A stretch of 16,522 bases of DNA, taken from NCBI GenBank assembly GCA_051117555.1, contig JBNPEG010000058.1:31124-47645 (forward strand), in the 5' to 3' direction. This DNA comes from Elainellaceae cyanobacterium (GTDB lineage Bacteria > Cyanobacteriota > Cyanobacteriia > CAZCXK01). Each line of letters opens with the position of its first letter. Position 1 is the first letter of the stretch. Positions 7,791-16,187 of the stretch are shown one piece after another. The translations under genes were made by a program, and so were the position numbers. The notes under the pieces are model-generated. The model was given only the letters and a program-made list of their open reading frames with translations, was not told where the DNA came from and did not search any database.

Positions 7791-10145
7791 ATGCCCGAAC
7801 TGCCATCTGAATGGCAAATTCAGCCTACTTTTAGCCTCTCTGCTCCCTTTCTAGAAGCGGTTAAGCAGTACGCGCCAGACATTCTTGGACATCATGCTGC
7901 ACAGCTTCTTTGGCAGCGAGGAATTCGAGAGCCTAACCAAATTGCTGGCTTTATTAACCCTACTTTTTATCAACCTACATCCCCGTTTGAATTTGGGGAT
8001 GAGATGAACTGGGCAGTAGAGCGACTACAGCGGACATATGCCGAGTCAGAACGTGTTGCTATTTGGGGCGATTTTGATGCAGATGGGATCACAGCAACTG
8101 CTGTACTCTGGGACGGATTGGGGGAGTTTTTCTCTCAAAACGAACGATTGATCTACGTTATTCCCAATCGACTGACCGAATCGCATGGGTTAGCTCGTTC
8201 AGGAATTCAAGCACTCGCTGAATGGGGATGCCAACTAATTGTTACCTGCGATACTGGCAGCACTAATCGCTCCGAGTTGGAGTACGCCCATTCGCATGGC
8301 ATCGATGTCATCATCACCGATCATCACACGTTGCCAGCCGAACGTCCGCCTGTAACTGCAATTGTCAACCCTCGGTATCTGCCTGATCACCATCCGCTTG
8401 CTAAACTTTCGGGAGTTGCGGTTGCATATAAGCTCATCGAAGCACTTTATATCAGGTGCCCCAATATTCCCCAACAGCCGTTAGACCGCCTTTTAGATTT
8501 GGTTGCAATTGGTTTAATCGCTGATTTGGTAGAACTGACAGGGGACTGTCGATATCTCGCACAGCAAGGTATTCAACGGTTACAAAAACACCTAAAAGAT
8601 GCCAAGCCAAGTCGCCCAGGCGTTGCGAGGCTTCTGCAACTCTGCCGTAAAACTGGCAATCGCCCCACCGATATTTCGTTTGGGCTTGGCCCCCGCATCA
8701 ATGCAATTAGTCGCATTCACGGAGATGCTCATTTTTGTGTTGAGCTACTCACCAGTCAAGATGAAGCTCGTTGCCGCCTGTTAGCAGAAGAAACGGAGTT
8801 GGCAAATACGCGACGCAAATCTCTTCAAAAAGACGTCGTATATCAAGTAAAGAATCGTCTGGCTGACCTTGACCTTTCGACTACGAGTGTCATCGTCTTA
8901 GCAGACCCGCAATGGTCAGTCGGCATCTTAGGGTTGGTAGCCGGGCAAATTGCTCAAGATTATGGCAGACCCACAATTTTGTTAACAATGGCACCTTCAC
9001 CTGACGGGCTTGCGCGCGGCTCGGCTCGCTCAGTAAACCAAATTGACCTCTATCACCTTGTTAGCAGTCAGGCACATCTTCTTCGTAGTTTTGGAGGGCA
9101 TCCATTTGCCGCAGGATTAAGTCTGCCTATCGAAAATTTGCCATTGTTTACCCAAGCGATTAATCGACAACTGAGCGCCCAATGCCCTCTAGTTGCTCAG
9201 CCGACGGGAATGGTAAAAGCCGACCTTCAGGTGACTGTCTCTGAGCTAGGAAAAGAACTATTTCAGGAATTGAAGATCATAGAACCCTGTGGTATCGGCA
9301 ATCCGATTCCTCGTTTGCTCATTCAAAACTGTTGGTTCAAAAACGTTTGGAATCGGAACATCCAAGATTGGAAAGGCCATAAGATTCGCTACATTAGAAC
9401 AACCTTTGAGATTTGGGATGACACCAGCAATCAAGGCTTTCCTGGTGTCTGGTGGGAGCATTATAAAGATGATATCCCCCTGGGTCGATGCGATGCGATC
9501 GCCGAGCTTGACTACAACACCTACTCAAAACGCTATGAGATTCGACTCATTGCGCTTCGTGAACACGAGTCGACAGTCTCTATATCCCCTTCTATATCGG
9601 CAGATTGGATTGTAGACTGTCGCAATAGTTCATCCAACTCACCTTCGGAGCTAGTACCTCAACAAGAAATCCTTGAGGTTACTCATTGTCCGAGTACATG
9701 GGACGACTTACAGCCTTGGTTTAATCAAGCCGTGTCCGAACAGAAGAAACTGGCGATCGCATATCCTCCCCCCACCCTTGATTCATCCACACACGTTTGG
9801 AAAACCCTAGTCGGCATTGCCAAATATCTCAGTCGGACAGGAGAATCAACGACTCTAGCGCAATTAGAAAAGCGGCTAAACATTGGCGAACGTACCCTTC
9901 TCATTGGGCTCAATACACTTCATGCAATAGGCTTCACTGCGACCTTTATATCCAATGACCAAAAAATATTTGGGATCACGGCAGAAGAATCCAGACACGA
10001 AAATCCTGGCAGCGATCCCATGATTGAAAAATTTATATCAGCAGTTCGAGAGGAAAATTTTCGAAAGTCTTATTTTTATACAGTCCCGGTAGAAATTATC
10101 CGAGATGTTGCCAATCAATCTGTTCTAATGCGGTCAGTAAGCTAA
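7791..10145 (+). CDS. recJ: Single-stranded-DNA-specific exonuclease RecJ with cyanobacterial C-terminal extension
   Basis: WGDFDADG, IVTCDTG, ITDHH, IADLV, GPRINA, RGSARS and GGHPFAAG motifs. ATG 7791 is preferred over TTG 7752. Confidence 0.95.
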   Translation: MPELPSEWQIQPTFSLSAPFLEAVKQYAPDILGHHAAQLLWQRGIREPNQIAGFINPTFYQPTSPFEFGDEMNWAVERLQRTYAESERVAIWGDFDADGITATAVLWDGLGEFFSQNERLIYVIPNRLTESHGLARSGIQALAEWGCQLIVTCDTGSTNRSELEYAHSHGIDVIITDHHTLPAERPPVTAIVNPRYLPDHHPLAKLSGVAVAYKLIEALYIRCPNIPQQPLDRLLDLVAIGLIADLVELTGDCRYLAQQGIQRLQKHLKDAKPSRPGVARLLQLCRKTGNRPTDISFGLGPRINAISRIHGDAHFCVELLTSQDEARCRLLAEETELANTRRKSLQKDVVYQVKNRLADLDLSTTSVIVLADPQWSVGILGLVAGQIAQDYGRPTILLTMAPSPDGLARGSARSVNQIDLYHLVSSQAHLLRSFGGHPFAAGLSLPIENLPLFTQAINRQLSAQCPLVAQPTGMVKADLQVTVSELGKELFQELKIIEPCGIGNPIPRLLIQNCWFKNVWNRNIQDWKGHKIRYIRTTFEIWDDTSNQGFPGVWWEHYKDDIPLGRCDAIAELDYNTYSKRYEIRLIALREHESTVSISPSISADWIVDCRNSSSNSPSELVPQQEILEVTHCPSTWDDLQPWFNQAVSEQKKLAIAYPPPTLDSSTHVWKTLVGIAKYLSRTGESTTLAQLEKRLNIGERTLLIGLNTLHAIGFTATFISNDQKIFGITAEESRHENPGSDPMIEKFISAVREENFRKSYFYTVPVEIIRDVANQSVLMRSVS

Positions 10146-10164
10146 TCGATCAAAGTGTTTATTG

Positions 10165-10518
10165 CTAAAAGCTGCAACTGAGTGTGCTTTCTTCCAACGC
10201 GATTTGCAAATCTCCAAATGCTCGATGTAAATCATCAACGCTGTGAAATTTCTCTAGACGATGAAGAATCTTTCCTTGATCAAACAGCAGGAGAGTCGGC
10301 AAGTTGGTGAGTCGATACGTGTTGGCTAATTTAAGATTTTCATCCGCATTAATACTCACAACCTTGACGCGTTCTCCCCACTCTTCTATTAGGCGATTCA
10401 ACTGAGGATTGATCAGGCGACACAATCCACACCAAGGAGCCCAGAAATTCACCAAGACAGGCGTAGATTCTGTCAAAACTTCTTTTGTAAACGTTTCTTC
10501 ACAAATTGCTATTATCAT
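10165..10518 (-). CDS. trxC: Thioredoxin, cyanobacterial TrxC type
   Basis: Thioredoxin fold with the atypical WAPWCGLC active site; adjacent to an nnrU-family gene. Confidence 0.85.
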   Translation of the reverse strand: MIIAICEETFTKEVLTESTPVLVNFWAPWCGLCRLINPQLNRLIEEWGERVKVVSINADENLKLANTYRLTNLPTLLLFDQGKILHRLEKFHSVDDLHRAFGDLQIALEESTLSCSF

Positions 10519-10646
10519 GATCCCTCTAAGCTTTTAATTCAATTCCTCTTTGGGATCATATCTTACAAGCACCTGTAACTTGAGAAAATAAAGGTTTCGG
10601 TTTCATGACGTGTTGAATTGCCAGACTAGCTAATTAATCAGACATT

Positions 10647-11360
10647 TCACCAACTCAGCCGCGCTGCGCTGTGAATGAACGCTGGATGTAACCACCACAA
10701 AAACAGTACAAAAATAGCAACTCCCAGGTAGGCGGGACGGAAGAATTCGCCGAGTTTGAATGTTTGTCGTCCCTGTAGAATTGCTAAGAACGGCATAATA
10801 GATGTGCGAGTTTTTGCTGTTTCAAACTCATTTCCAAAACGCGAACTCAAACGGCGATCGCCATGCCACACGCCAAATAGATGATGCAAAATCAAACCAA
10901 CTGACGTGACCAGGGTGAATGTCGTTCCTAACCAAATGCTATGAGCAATGCACCAAATAACTTGACCCACCATCTGAGGATGTCGAGTCACGCGAATAAT
11001 GCCCGTCTCATATAAATGGACTTGAGGCTTCTGAACCGCTGCAATTTCCAAAAGATTGAACGTTGCCGGATATAAAAACACAAAAGAGATAGCAGACAAT
11101 ACCCAAACAAGTGGTTCAATTCCTGGCAAACCTTGAAAATTCCATAGCCGCAACCCATCATAGCGATGGTTGAGAAAATAAACGATGAGAACCGTAGCTA
11201 ATGGAAGGCTGATTAAAGCAAACAGAAGTCGATAGAGTCGCGGACCTATCCACCTCTCCCCCATAGGGCGTAAAGCAGCAAGACCGCTGTGGGCTAGTGC
11301 AAATCCAAATAAAAGCCCAATCATAATGAAATGACTGGATGTAAGCCAATCGCTCCCCAT
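10647..11360 (-). CDS. NnrU-family membrane protein, probable 15-cis-zeta-carotene isomerase (Z-ISO)
   Basis: AHSGLAALR, NHRYDG, FLYPATFNLLEIAAV, GIIRVTRHPQMVGQ and HHLFGVWHGDRRL match plant/cyanobacterial Z-ISO motifs. ATG 11360 is preferred. Confidence 0.9.
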   Translation of the reverse strand: MGSDWLTSSHFIMIGLLFGFALAHSGLAALRPMGERWIGPRLYRLLFALISLPLATVLIVYFLNHRYDGLRLWNFQGLPGIEPLVWVLSAISFVFLYPATFNLLEIAAVQKPQVHLYETGIIRVTRHPQMVGQVIWCIAHSIWLGTTFTLVTSVGLILHHLFGVWHGDRRLSSRFGNEFETAKTRTSIMPFLAILQGRQTFKLGEFFRPAYLGVAIFVLFLWWLHPAFIHSAARLSW

Positions 11361-11530
11361 AATCGCTTGAACGTTCAATTACGTAACTGACTAGAAAGTC
11401 CCTTGCTGGTACTAGGGTATCACTTTTATCTGAATGTATTTGAAACTATGATCAGTGGTTATACCCATCACAACTCCGCAGCATTTCGCCGTTCCATTAA
11501 AAAAATGACCTCCTAAGCGAGGAATTTGGT

Positions 11531-13507
11531 TCAGAACACAAAATCTATCCCTGTTTCCCTCAGATCGAGTGTATACAAGTATCCCTGAATGCCATCCCAT
11601 GTCGTAATGTATACCTCATAGGGATCTCGAACGGCGATCGCTGTCGGATGAGTGGGGCCATCAATTCGATTAATGGGGCGACCCTCTGGATCAAGCAGAA
11701 GGATGTGGCCTTCTGCATCAACAACGACATATCCCCAGTTTGTGACCGCAAGGTGCTGAGGCGCAATTTCAATGGGCGATCGCATCACGCGAAACGGTTT
11801 TAAGTCAATCATCAGCACAGAATACGGACTACTCTGATCGAGTGCGAGCAGCCGATACGGAATTGAAGTCGTCGTAACTTGTCCTAACAAGGTAAATATA
11901 GTCAAATGACCTAGACGATTACCTCGTCTAGTAAAAAATTCAAGACGTGTCCTAGCGCCTTGTGACTCATCCGAACATCGATAGATAGAATGAGGGTGTT
12001 GCGGCCCCTTAAACGCAGAAATAATTGCTACGTGATGCCTATCAAGCGCAAGAACTCTTGGAACGTTCAGCGATGTATCAAACGTCCGCAAAGGAATTGG
12101 ATGAGCAGCGATCAATTCTGATCTAGGTGCATCGGGCAATCGTTGAAACGTTAATGTATTGGCACAAACAGGTGACAAATTTTGAGAACCATCGGTTGTA
12201 ATAGCGGCTAACCATCGTCCATTAGGGGCGATCGCAACTGAACAGCTATGTTGCAAGTCGCAGACAAACTGAGCAACAGGTTGCCCAGCACGTGTATTCG
12301 ACAACGAAATTCTATATAAACCGCTAGAGGTAATAGCAAAGCCCCCATGAGGGCGAGCAACTATTTCCTCAATTTCGAAAGGTAATGTCACAGATGACCA
12401 ACCAAACCGCGATGATATTGCTTGCTCGGTATCATCGGGTGTTTGCGATGATCGATTTGATGAATGGGAGAAAGCTAACGTAGATTTATCAAAACGCGCA
12501 TAAAGAGTGTCATTAGACCCTACAGCACTCTCAGCCCAGTTCGATGAATTTGTCAGAGATGCATGGTAGACGTCAAGTGCCGTGCATTTTGACGTTAAGG
12601 GTTTACAAAATTTTGGCTCAAAGGGACGAATAATTGCTTGATTTGTCGATTGAACAGTAGGAAGATTGACAGATTGCGCCGTGCTTAGAGGTATCTCTAG
12701 CTCATCCGATGCGACGCTTCGAATCATACTCAACATGTCAGTTGCAGAGCGAAAGCGCCGCGCTGATAGTTTTTGAAGAGATGTATGCAGGATGGGGTGT
12801 AGAGCCGCGGGAATGACATCTGGAAACTTGATGCTCTGATTCAAGTGAGCAGACATCAATTCGCTGGGTGTGCCCGAAAAGGGGCGATATCCTGCAATCA
12901 ATTCAAACAACAAAATCCCGACTGCGTATAGATCTGATGTAATTGAATATTGACCATAGAAGCGTTCTGGCGCCATGTATGCAGGCGAACCCGTATTTCC
13001 TGCTTCTTTTTCGGATAGATCTTGACACAGGCGAGCGATTCCAAAGTCTGAGATCCGGGCAAGCCACCCCTGGGATTGTACGCTCAATAAAATATTCTCG
13101 GGTTTAATATCGCAATGAACAATCCTCCGACTATGAGCATGTTCTAAACCCATCAAAATATCAGAAATTAATCGAATGGTCTGATGCAAATTAAGTGGAT
13201 TATTTTCGCTGATAAGGGTGCGCAGCGTACCGCCTTCACAATAATCCATAACCAAATAGCGCCCTGCATCGGTATGTTCGAGCGCATGGCACGTCACAAT
13301 ATTTGGATGCTGCAAGCTGAGAAGAAATCGCAGCTCACGCAAGAATTGATAGGTGGGAAGTCGTTGACGATCAAGGCTTTTAAGCGCGACAAGCCGCCCT
13401 GTTTTGCGATGAATTGCGCAGAATACTCGACCAAACTGTCCCTGACCCACAAGGCCAAGGAGATGATAGTTTGACTGCTTGGAGGGTGTAGCGAAATGGC
13501 TTGACAC
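11531..13507 (-). CDS. Hanks-type Ser/Thr protein kinase (SpkG/Slr0152-like) with beta-rich C-terminal domain
   Basis: GQGQFG, VALK, HCDIKPEN, DFG, GSPAYMAPE and DLYAVG. The C-terminus has propeller-like strands (VAIAPNGRWLAA). Last gene of the V4R cluster. Confidence 0.93.
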   Translation of the reverse strand: MSSHFATPSKQSNYHLLGLVGQGQFGRVFCAIHRKTGRLVALKSLDRQRLPTYQFLRELRFLLSLQHPNIVTCHALEHTDAGRYLVMDYCEGGTLRTLISENNPLNLHQTIRLISDILMGLEHAHSRRIVHCDIKPENILLSVQSQGWLARISDFGIARLCQDLSEKEAGNTGSPAYMAPERFYGQYSITSDLYAVGILLFELIAGYRPFSGTPSELMSAHLNQSIKFPDVIPAALHPILHTSLQKLSARRFRSATDMLSMIRSVASDELEIPLSTAQSVNLPTVQSTNQAIIRPFEPKFCKPLTSKCTALDVYHASLTNSSNWAESAVGSNDTLYARFDKSTLAFSHSSNRSSQTPDDTEQAISSRFGWSSVTLPFEIEEIVARPHGGFAITSSGLYRISLSNTRAGQPVAQFVCDLQHSCSVAIAPNGRWLAAITTDGSQNLSPVCANTLTFQRLPDAPRSELIAAHPIPLRTFDTSLNVPRVLALDRHHVAIISAFKGPQHPHSIYRCSDESQGARTRLEFFTRRGNRLGHLTIFTLLGQVTTTSIPYRLLALDQSSPYSVLMIDLKPFRVMRSPIEIAPQHLAVTNWGYVVVDAEGHILLLDPEGRPINRIDGPTHPTAIAVRDPYEVYITTWDGIQGYLYTLDLRETGIDFVF

Positions 13508-13521
13508 GGCAATCTTGATTA

Positions 13522-14178
13522 TTACTCACAGAGTTTTTGCATAATTGCATCATGCTCCATGCCACTAGCAACCATTGCTTCAATAGGCTGAATTCGTTTG
13601 GTCAATCCCAAAACGAACTGGTTACAGTCTTTACTCATGGACTCGCAAGTCGTCTGAATACAGTGAAGTTCTCGTCCGGTCAGTTGGCTAAAAAAGGCGC
13701 TGAGTACCCCCGCTTCGAGAAAACATGCAGGCTTATCGTCCTTGGGCGCTTGAGTAGCAAATGGCGAATTCCAAATTTGAATGACTAAAAATCCCTGGTC
13801 TTGATGGGTTCGATCGAGTTCAATTTTTCCCCAGCCATGAGTAATCCAGCACTGCTGAATGCACTGCATAAATTCCACCATAGACATGTCGGCAACGGCG
13901 ATATGGTAGTAGTCGGTTAATTCTTCGCAGAAGCGAGCGTAGAAATTTTTGCCCCACCAACGACCACAGTTGAAAAGCACCATTCTTGACGCTAATCCAG
14001 TTTCTTTATCCAATCCTGAATAAATGCCTTGAAGGAGAGTAGAAGGTAATGCTAGGAGGCGATCGCCCCGACGGTTTTCGAGTAACCCAAGTTCTAGGTC
14101 GCCCTTAACATAAATATCGGTGGCGAAGTAGTTTCCCGGAAGATGTCGATCAATGAGTAAATCAGAAATAGAGATCAT
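13522..14178 (-). CDS. V4R-domain protein (Slr0147-like)
   Basis: LENRRGDRLLAL, GRWWGK, HGWG, WNSPF, PACFLEAG and CIQTTCESM..DCNQF. Start taken at MISISDLL (ATG 14178). Confidence 0.85.
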   Translation of the reverse strand: MISISDLLIDRHLPGNYFATDIYVKGDLELGLLENRRGDRLLALPSTLLQGIYSGLDKETGLASRMVLFNCGRWWGKNFYARFCEELTDYYHIAVADMSMVEFMQCIQQCWITHGWGKIELDRTHQDQGFLVIQIWNSPFATQAPKDDKPACFLEAGVLSAFFSQLTGRELHCIQTTCESMSKDCNQFVLGLTKRIQPIEAMVASGMEHDAIMQKLCE

Positions 14179-14280
14179 AACGTGCAGTTTCGGGTGATTA
14201 AGGGGTAAGTGCCATCGCCTAAGAATCACGATAGACAAAAGCTCAGCATTAGGAATCTAACGCTAGACCAGAATGAGAAC

Positions 14281-14368
14281 TATAGCGATCCTAAATCGCT
14301 TGTGAATTGTGAGTGGTGGGGCGGGCGGCGCCCGCCCCACCACTCACAACCCATCTGGGATTGCTATA
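14281..14368. mobile_element. MITE-like element (84 bp plus TA flanks) with imperfect TIRs and an internal perfect 20-bp palindrome
   Basis: TA|TAGCGATCCTAAATCGCTTGTGA ... TCACAACCCATCTGGGATTGCTA|TA (TIR match 18/23). Internal arms 14307-14326 and 14330-14349 are exact reverse complements. One end recurs at 3409-3440. Confidence 0.75.
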
Positions 14369-14399
14369 TATGCTCTAGGTATTTAGCAGGCTTCACTTT

Positions 14400-14879
14400 T
14401 TAAACAAGAGTAGTGTTTGATTGACTTAATAATGTTTCTTGAGCCAACGCTAAATGAGGTCTAATGAGATTAAGTTGACTCGGTGTCAAGACATCACTGA
14501 GACGACGATCGAGTAACTGATATAAAGCCTCATCAATTCTCTCTGTGTTGTATATCTTGATAGATTGTGCAAACCATCCTGACAAGCGAGTTGTTAAAAA
14601 TGTCTCATCATTTAAGAGCATTGCCATCGCACAATAACGCATAATCAATAAAGCAGTCTTGATGCTACGTTCGAGAGTCTGTGTACCTTCCTGAGAAAAC
14701 TGTGCCTCAAGCTGATTAGCAACAGGCTGCATGATGGCAACTTCTTGATCGCGTAGGTGTCGATACGTATCGAGTCGATCGGGTAGAGAATTGACATATT
14801 GATTCAAAGCTCCGAGCTCGTCAGGTTTAAGATATCGATTCTCCGCTTCGTCAAAGATCGATTCAATTTTGGAATGCAT
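14400..14879 (-). CDS. Phycobiliprotein-like globin-fold protein (Slr0146-like), 159 aa
   Basis: GAGGAG precedes ATG 14879. SIFDEAENRYLKPDEL resembles the allophycocyanin N-terminus, and LIMRYCAMAMLLND resembles the xLRxxxYxxxxGD helix. Confidence 0.82.
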   Translation of the reverse strand: MHSKIESIFDEAENRYLKPDELGALNQYVNSLPDRLDTYRHLRDQEVAIMQPVANQLEAQFSQEGTQTLERSIKTALLIMRYCAMAMLLNDETFLTTRLSGWFAQSIKIYNTERIDEALYQLLDRRLSDVLTPSQLNLIRPHLALAQETLLSQSNTTLV

Positions 14880-14971
14880 AACAAACTCCTCAGTCTCAGA
14901 ACGAAATAAGTAATGGCATGGAGTCAGGGTCTTAACGTTCAATAGGATGATGCGAGCTAGAATGCCCCAAG

Positions 14972-15289
14972 TCAAAACAATCCTGAAAAATCATCAAGAG
15001 TAAAATCATCTGCCTCGAAAGACACAAGGGGAACTTCGGTCTGGGCTGGAGCAGCAATGACTCGGGCACCTTCCCAGGGAATTAGATCAAAAAACTGGCT
15101 AACACTGGCAGTCAGACTTGGCGTCAATTTCTGAGAGTTCGTCCCAGCCAGAGGCGTTGATAACTCGACAGGTTGAATCGGTAAATTATCCCAGTTGAAT
15201 CCTGAAAAAAAGGTTTGAACTGATGAAGTAAGCCAGGGCTGAGGTTCTGTTGAAGCGACATTTTTCTGAGCTAGCGCCATTGTGGTCAT
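14972..15289 (-). CDS. Hypothetical protein (Slr0145-like position) with repeated SVxxFFxxxxW motifs
   Basis: Starts 2 bp after the upstream V4R stop. Contains SVQTFFSGFNW, SVSQFFDLIPW and the acidic tail DDFTLDDFSGLF. Confidence 0.8.
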   Translation of the reverse strand: MTTMALAQKNVASTEPQPWLTSSVQTFFSGFNWDNLPIQPVELSTPLAGTNSQKLTPSLTASVSQFFDLIPWEGARVIAAPAQTEVPLVSFEADDFTLDDFSGLF

Positions 15290-15291
15290 GA

Positions 15292-15969
15292 TTAGCGTTC
15301 TCCAGTACGTAACCGTTTCTCGATGTCGCGAGCAGTTGCGCCTTCATTCATCCAAAAGCCAGCAGCATCAATGCGATCGTGCCCACCCAGGAGAAACTTG
15401 CAGTATGTTTCCCCCATTGAGTAACACTGGATTTCAATACAGGCAAGCTGCTTTTTGACCATTTCTGTGAAAAATCCAGCAAATAGACCTGCGTAGAGAT
15501 AGCAAACTGGCTTGCCGACATCTCCAAGCGTACGAGCAACTGCTGAATCAAAAAGGTTAATAAACATAAATCCTTGTTTGCGATCGCCCATATCAACTTC
15601 CCACCGTCCCCATCCTTGGGAAGTAAACGGCCACCACCATGTTTCTAAGAGGAATAAGAGATTTGTTTGACGGACACTGCGATCAAACTCATCGGCAAAC
15701 CAGCGCTCAAAAAAGAATGCATCTCGCTGTCCCCAATGCTGCCCGATGGTATACATCGTTGCACCCGCTGCTTCGCCAACTTCCTCTTCTAAGCCCTCAA
15801 TCAGACCAATAATGAAATCTTCACTGGTTAAAACGTTTTGGCTGCCATTCCAGTCTTCGATAGTTCCTTCATACGGATCAAAGTCAAAGAAATCTCGAAA
15901 ACTATAATGGTTGTGCTTTTTGGGATGTTTGGTTTTAATTGGATTTTGGTTGTTTGTGGCAGTTAACAT
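15292..15969 (-). CDS. V4R-domain protein (Slr0144-like)
   Basis: KHPKKHNHY, WWWPFTSQGWG, LFDSAVA, PVCYLYAGLFAG and IEIQCYSMGETYCKF (C/E/C/C V4R metal-site pattern). Confidence 0.9.
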   Translation of the reverse strand: MLTATNNQNPIKTKHPKKHNHYSFRDFFDFDPYEGTIEDWNGSQNVLTSEDFIIGLIEGLEEEVGEAAGATMYTIGQHWGQRDAFFFERWFADEFDRSVRQTNLLFLLETWWWPFTSQGWGRWEVDMGDRKQGFMFINLFDSAVARTLGDVGKPVCYLYAGLFAGFFTEMVKKQLACIEIQCYSMGETYCKFLLGGHDRIDAAGFWMNEGATARDIEKRLRTGER

Positions 15970-16187
15970 AATCGTGTCCGAACAAGGTCAAGTTGAAGAG
16001 GACAGCAAATACACAGATACAGGTGAGCCAGATTAAAGCAAGAGAAATCTCGCACGGCCTATGAAAATCAATGAAGGATGGATTCTGAAATGAAACGCCC
16101 TTGAGTCGTTTGAAAAAGATAACTAACAGCGACATTTCAGACCGTTCTATAAAGCGATTAAGCATCTAACTAAGTCGCTTTAATTTC

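Noticed and set aside
14400..14879. Naming the globin apcA/apcB/apcD
   Set aside because: Similarity is only distant, the CxRD chromophore motif is missing, and the context is the V4R cluster.
14880..14975. N-terminal extensions in the ORF track (14975 for the globin; likewise 14238, 11378, 7752, 6712, 939)
   Set aside because: Downstream ATGs have better RBSs or match family N-termini.
15935..16165. 76-aa ORF upstream of V4R-1, and the many short antisense or nested ORFs in ureC, GT4, recJ and the kinase
   Set aside because: They overlap well-supported genes or probable leader sequence, with no motifs or RBS.
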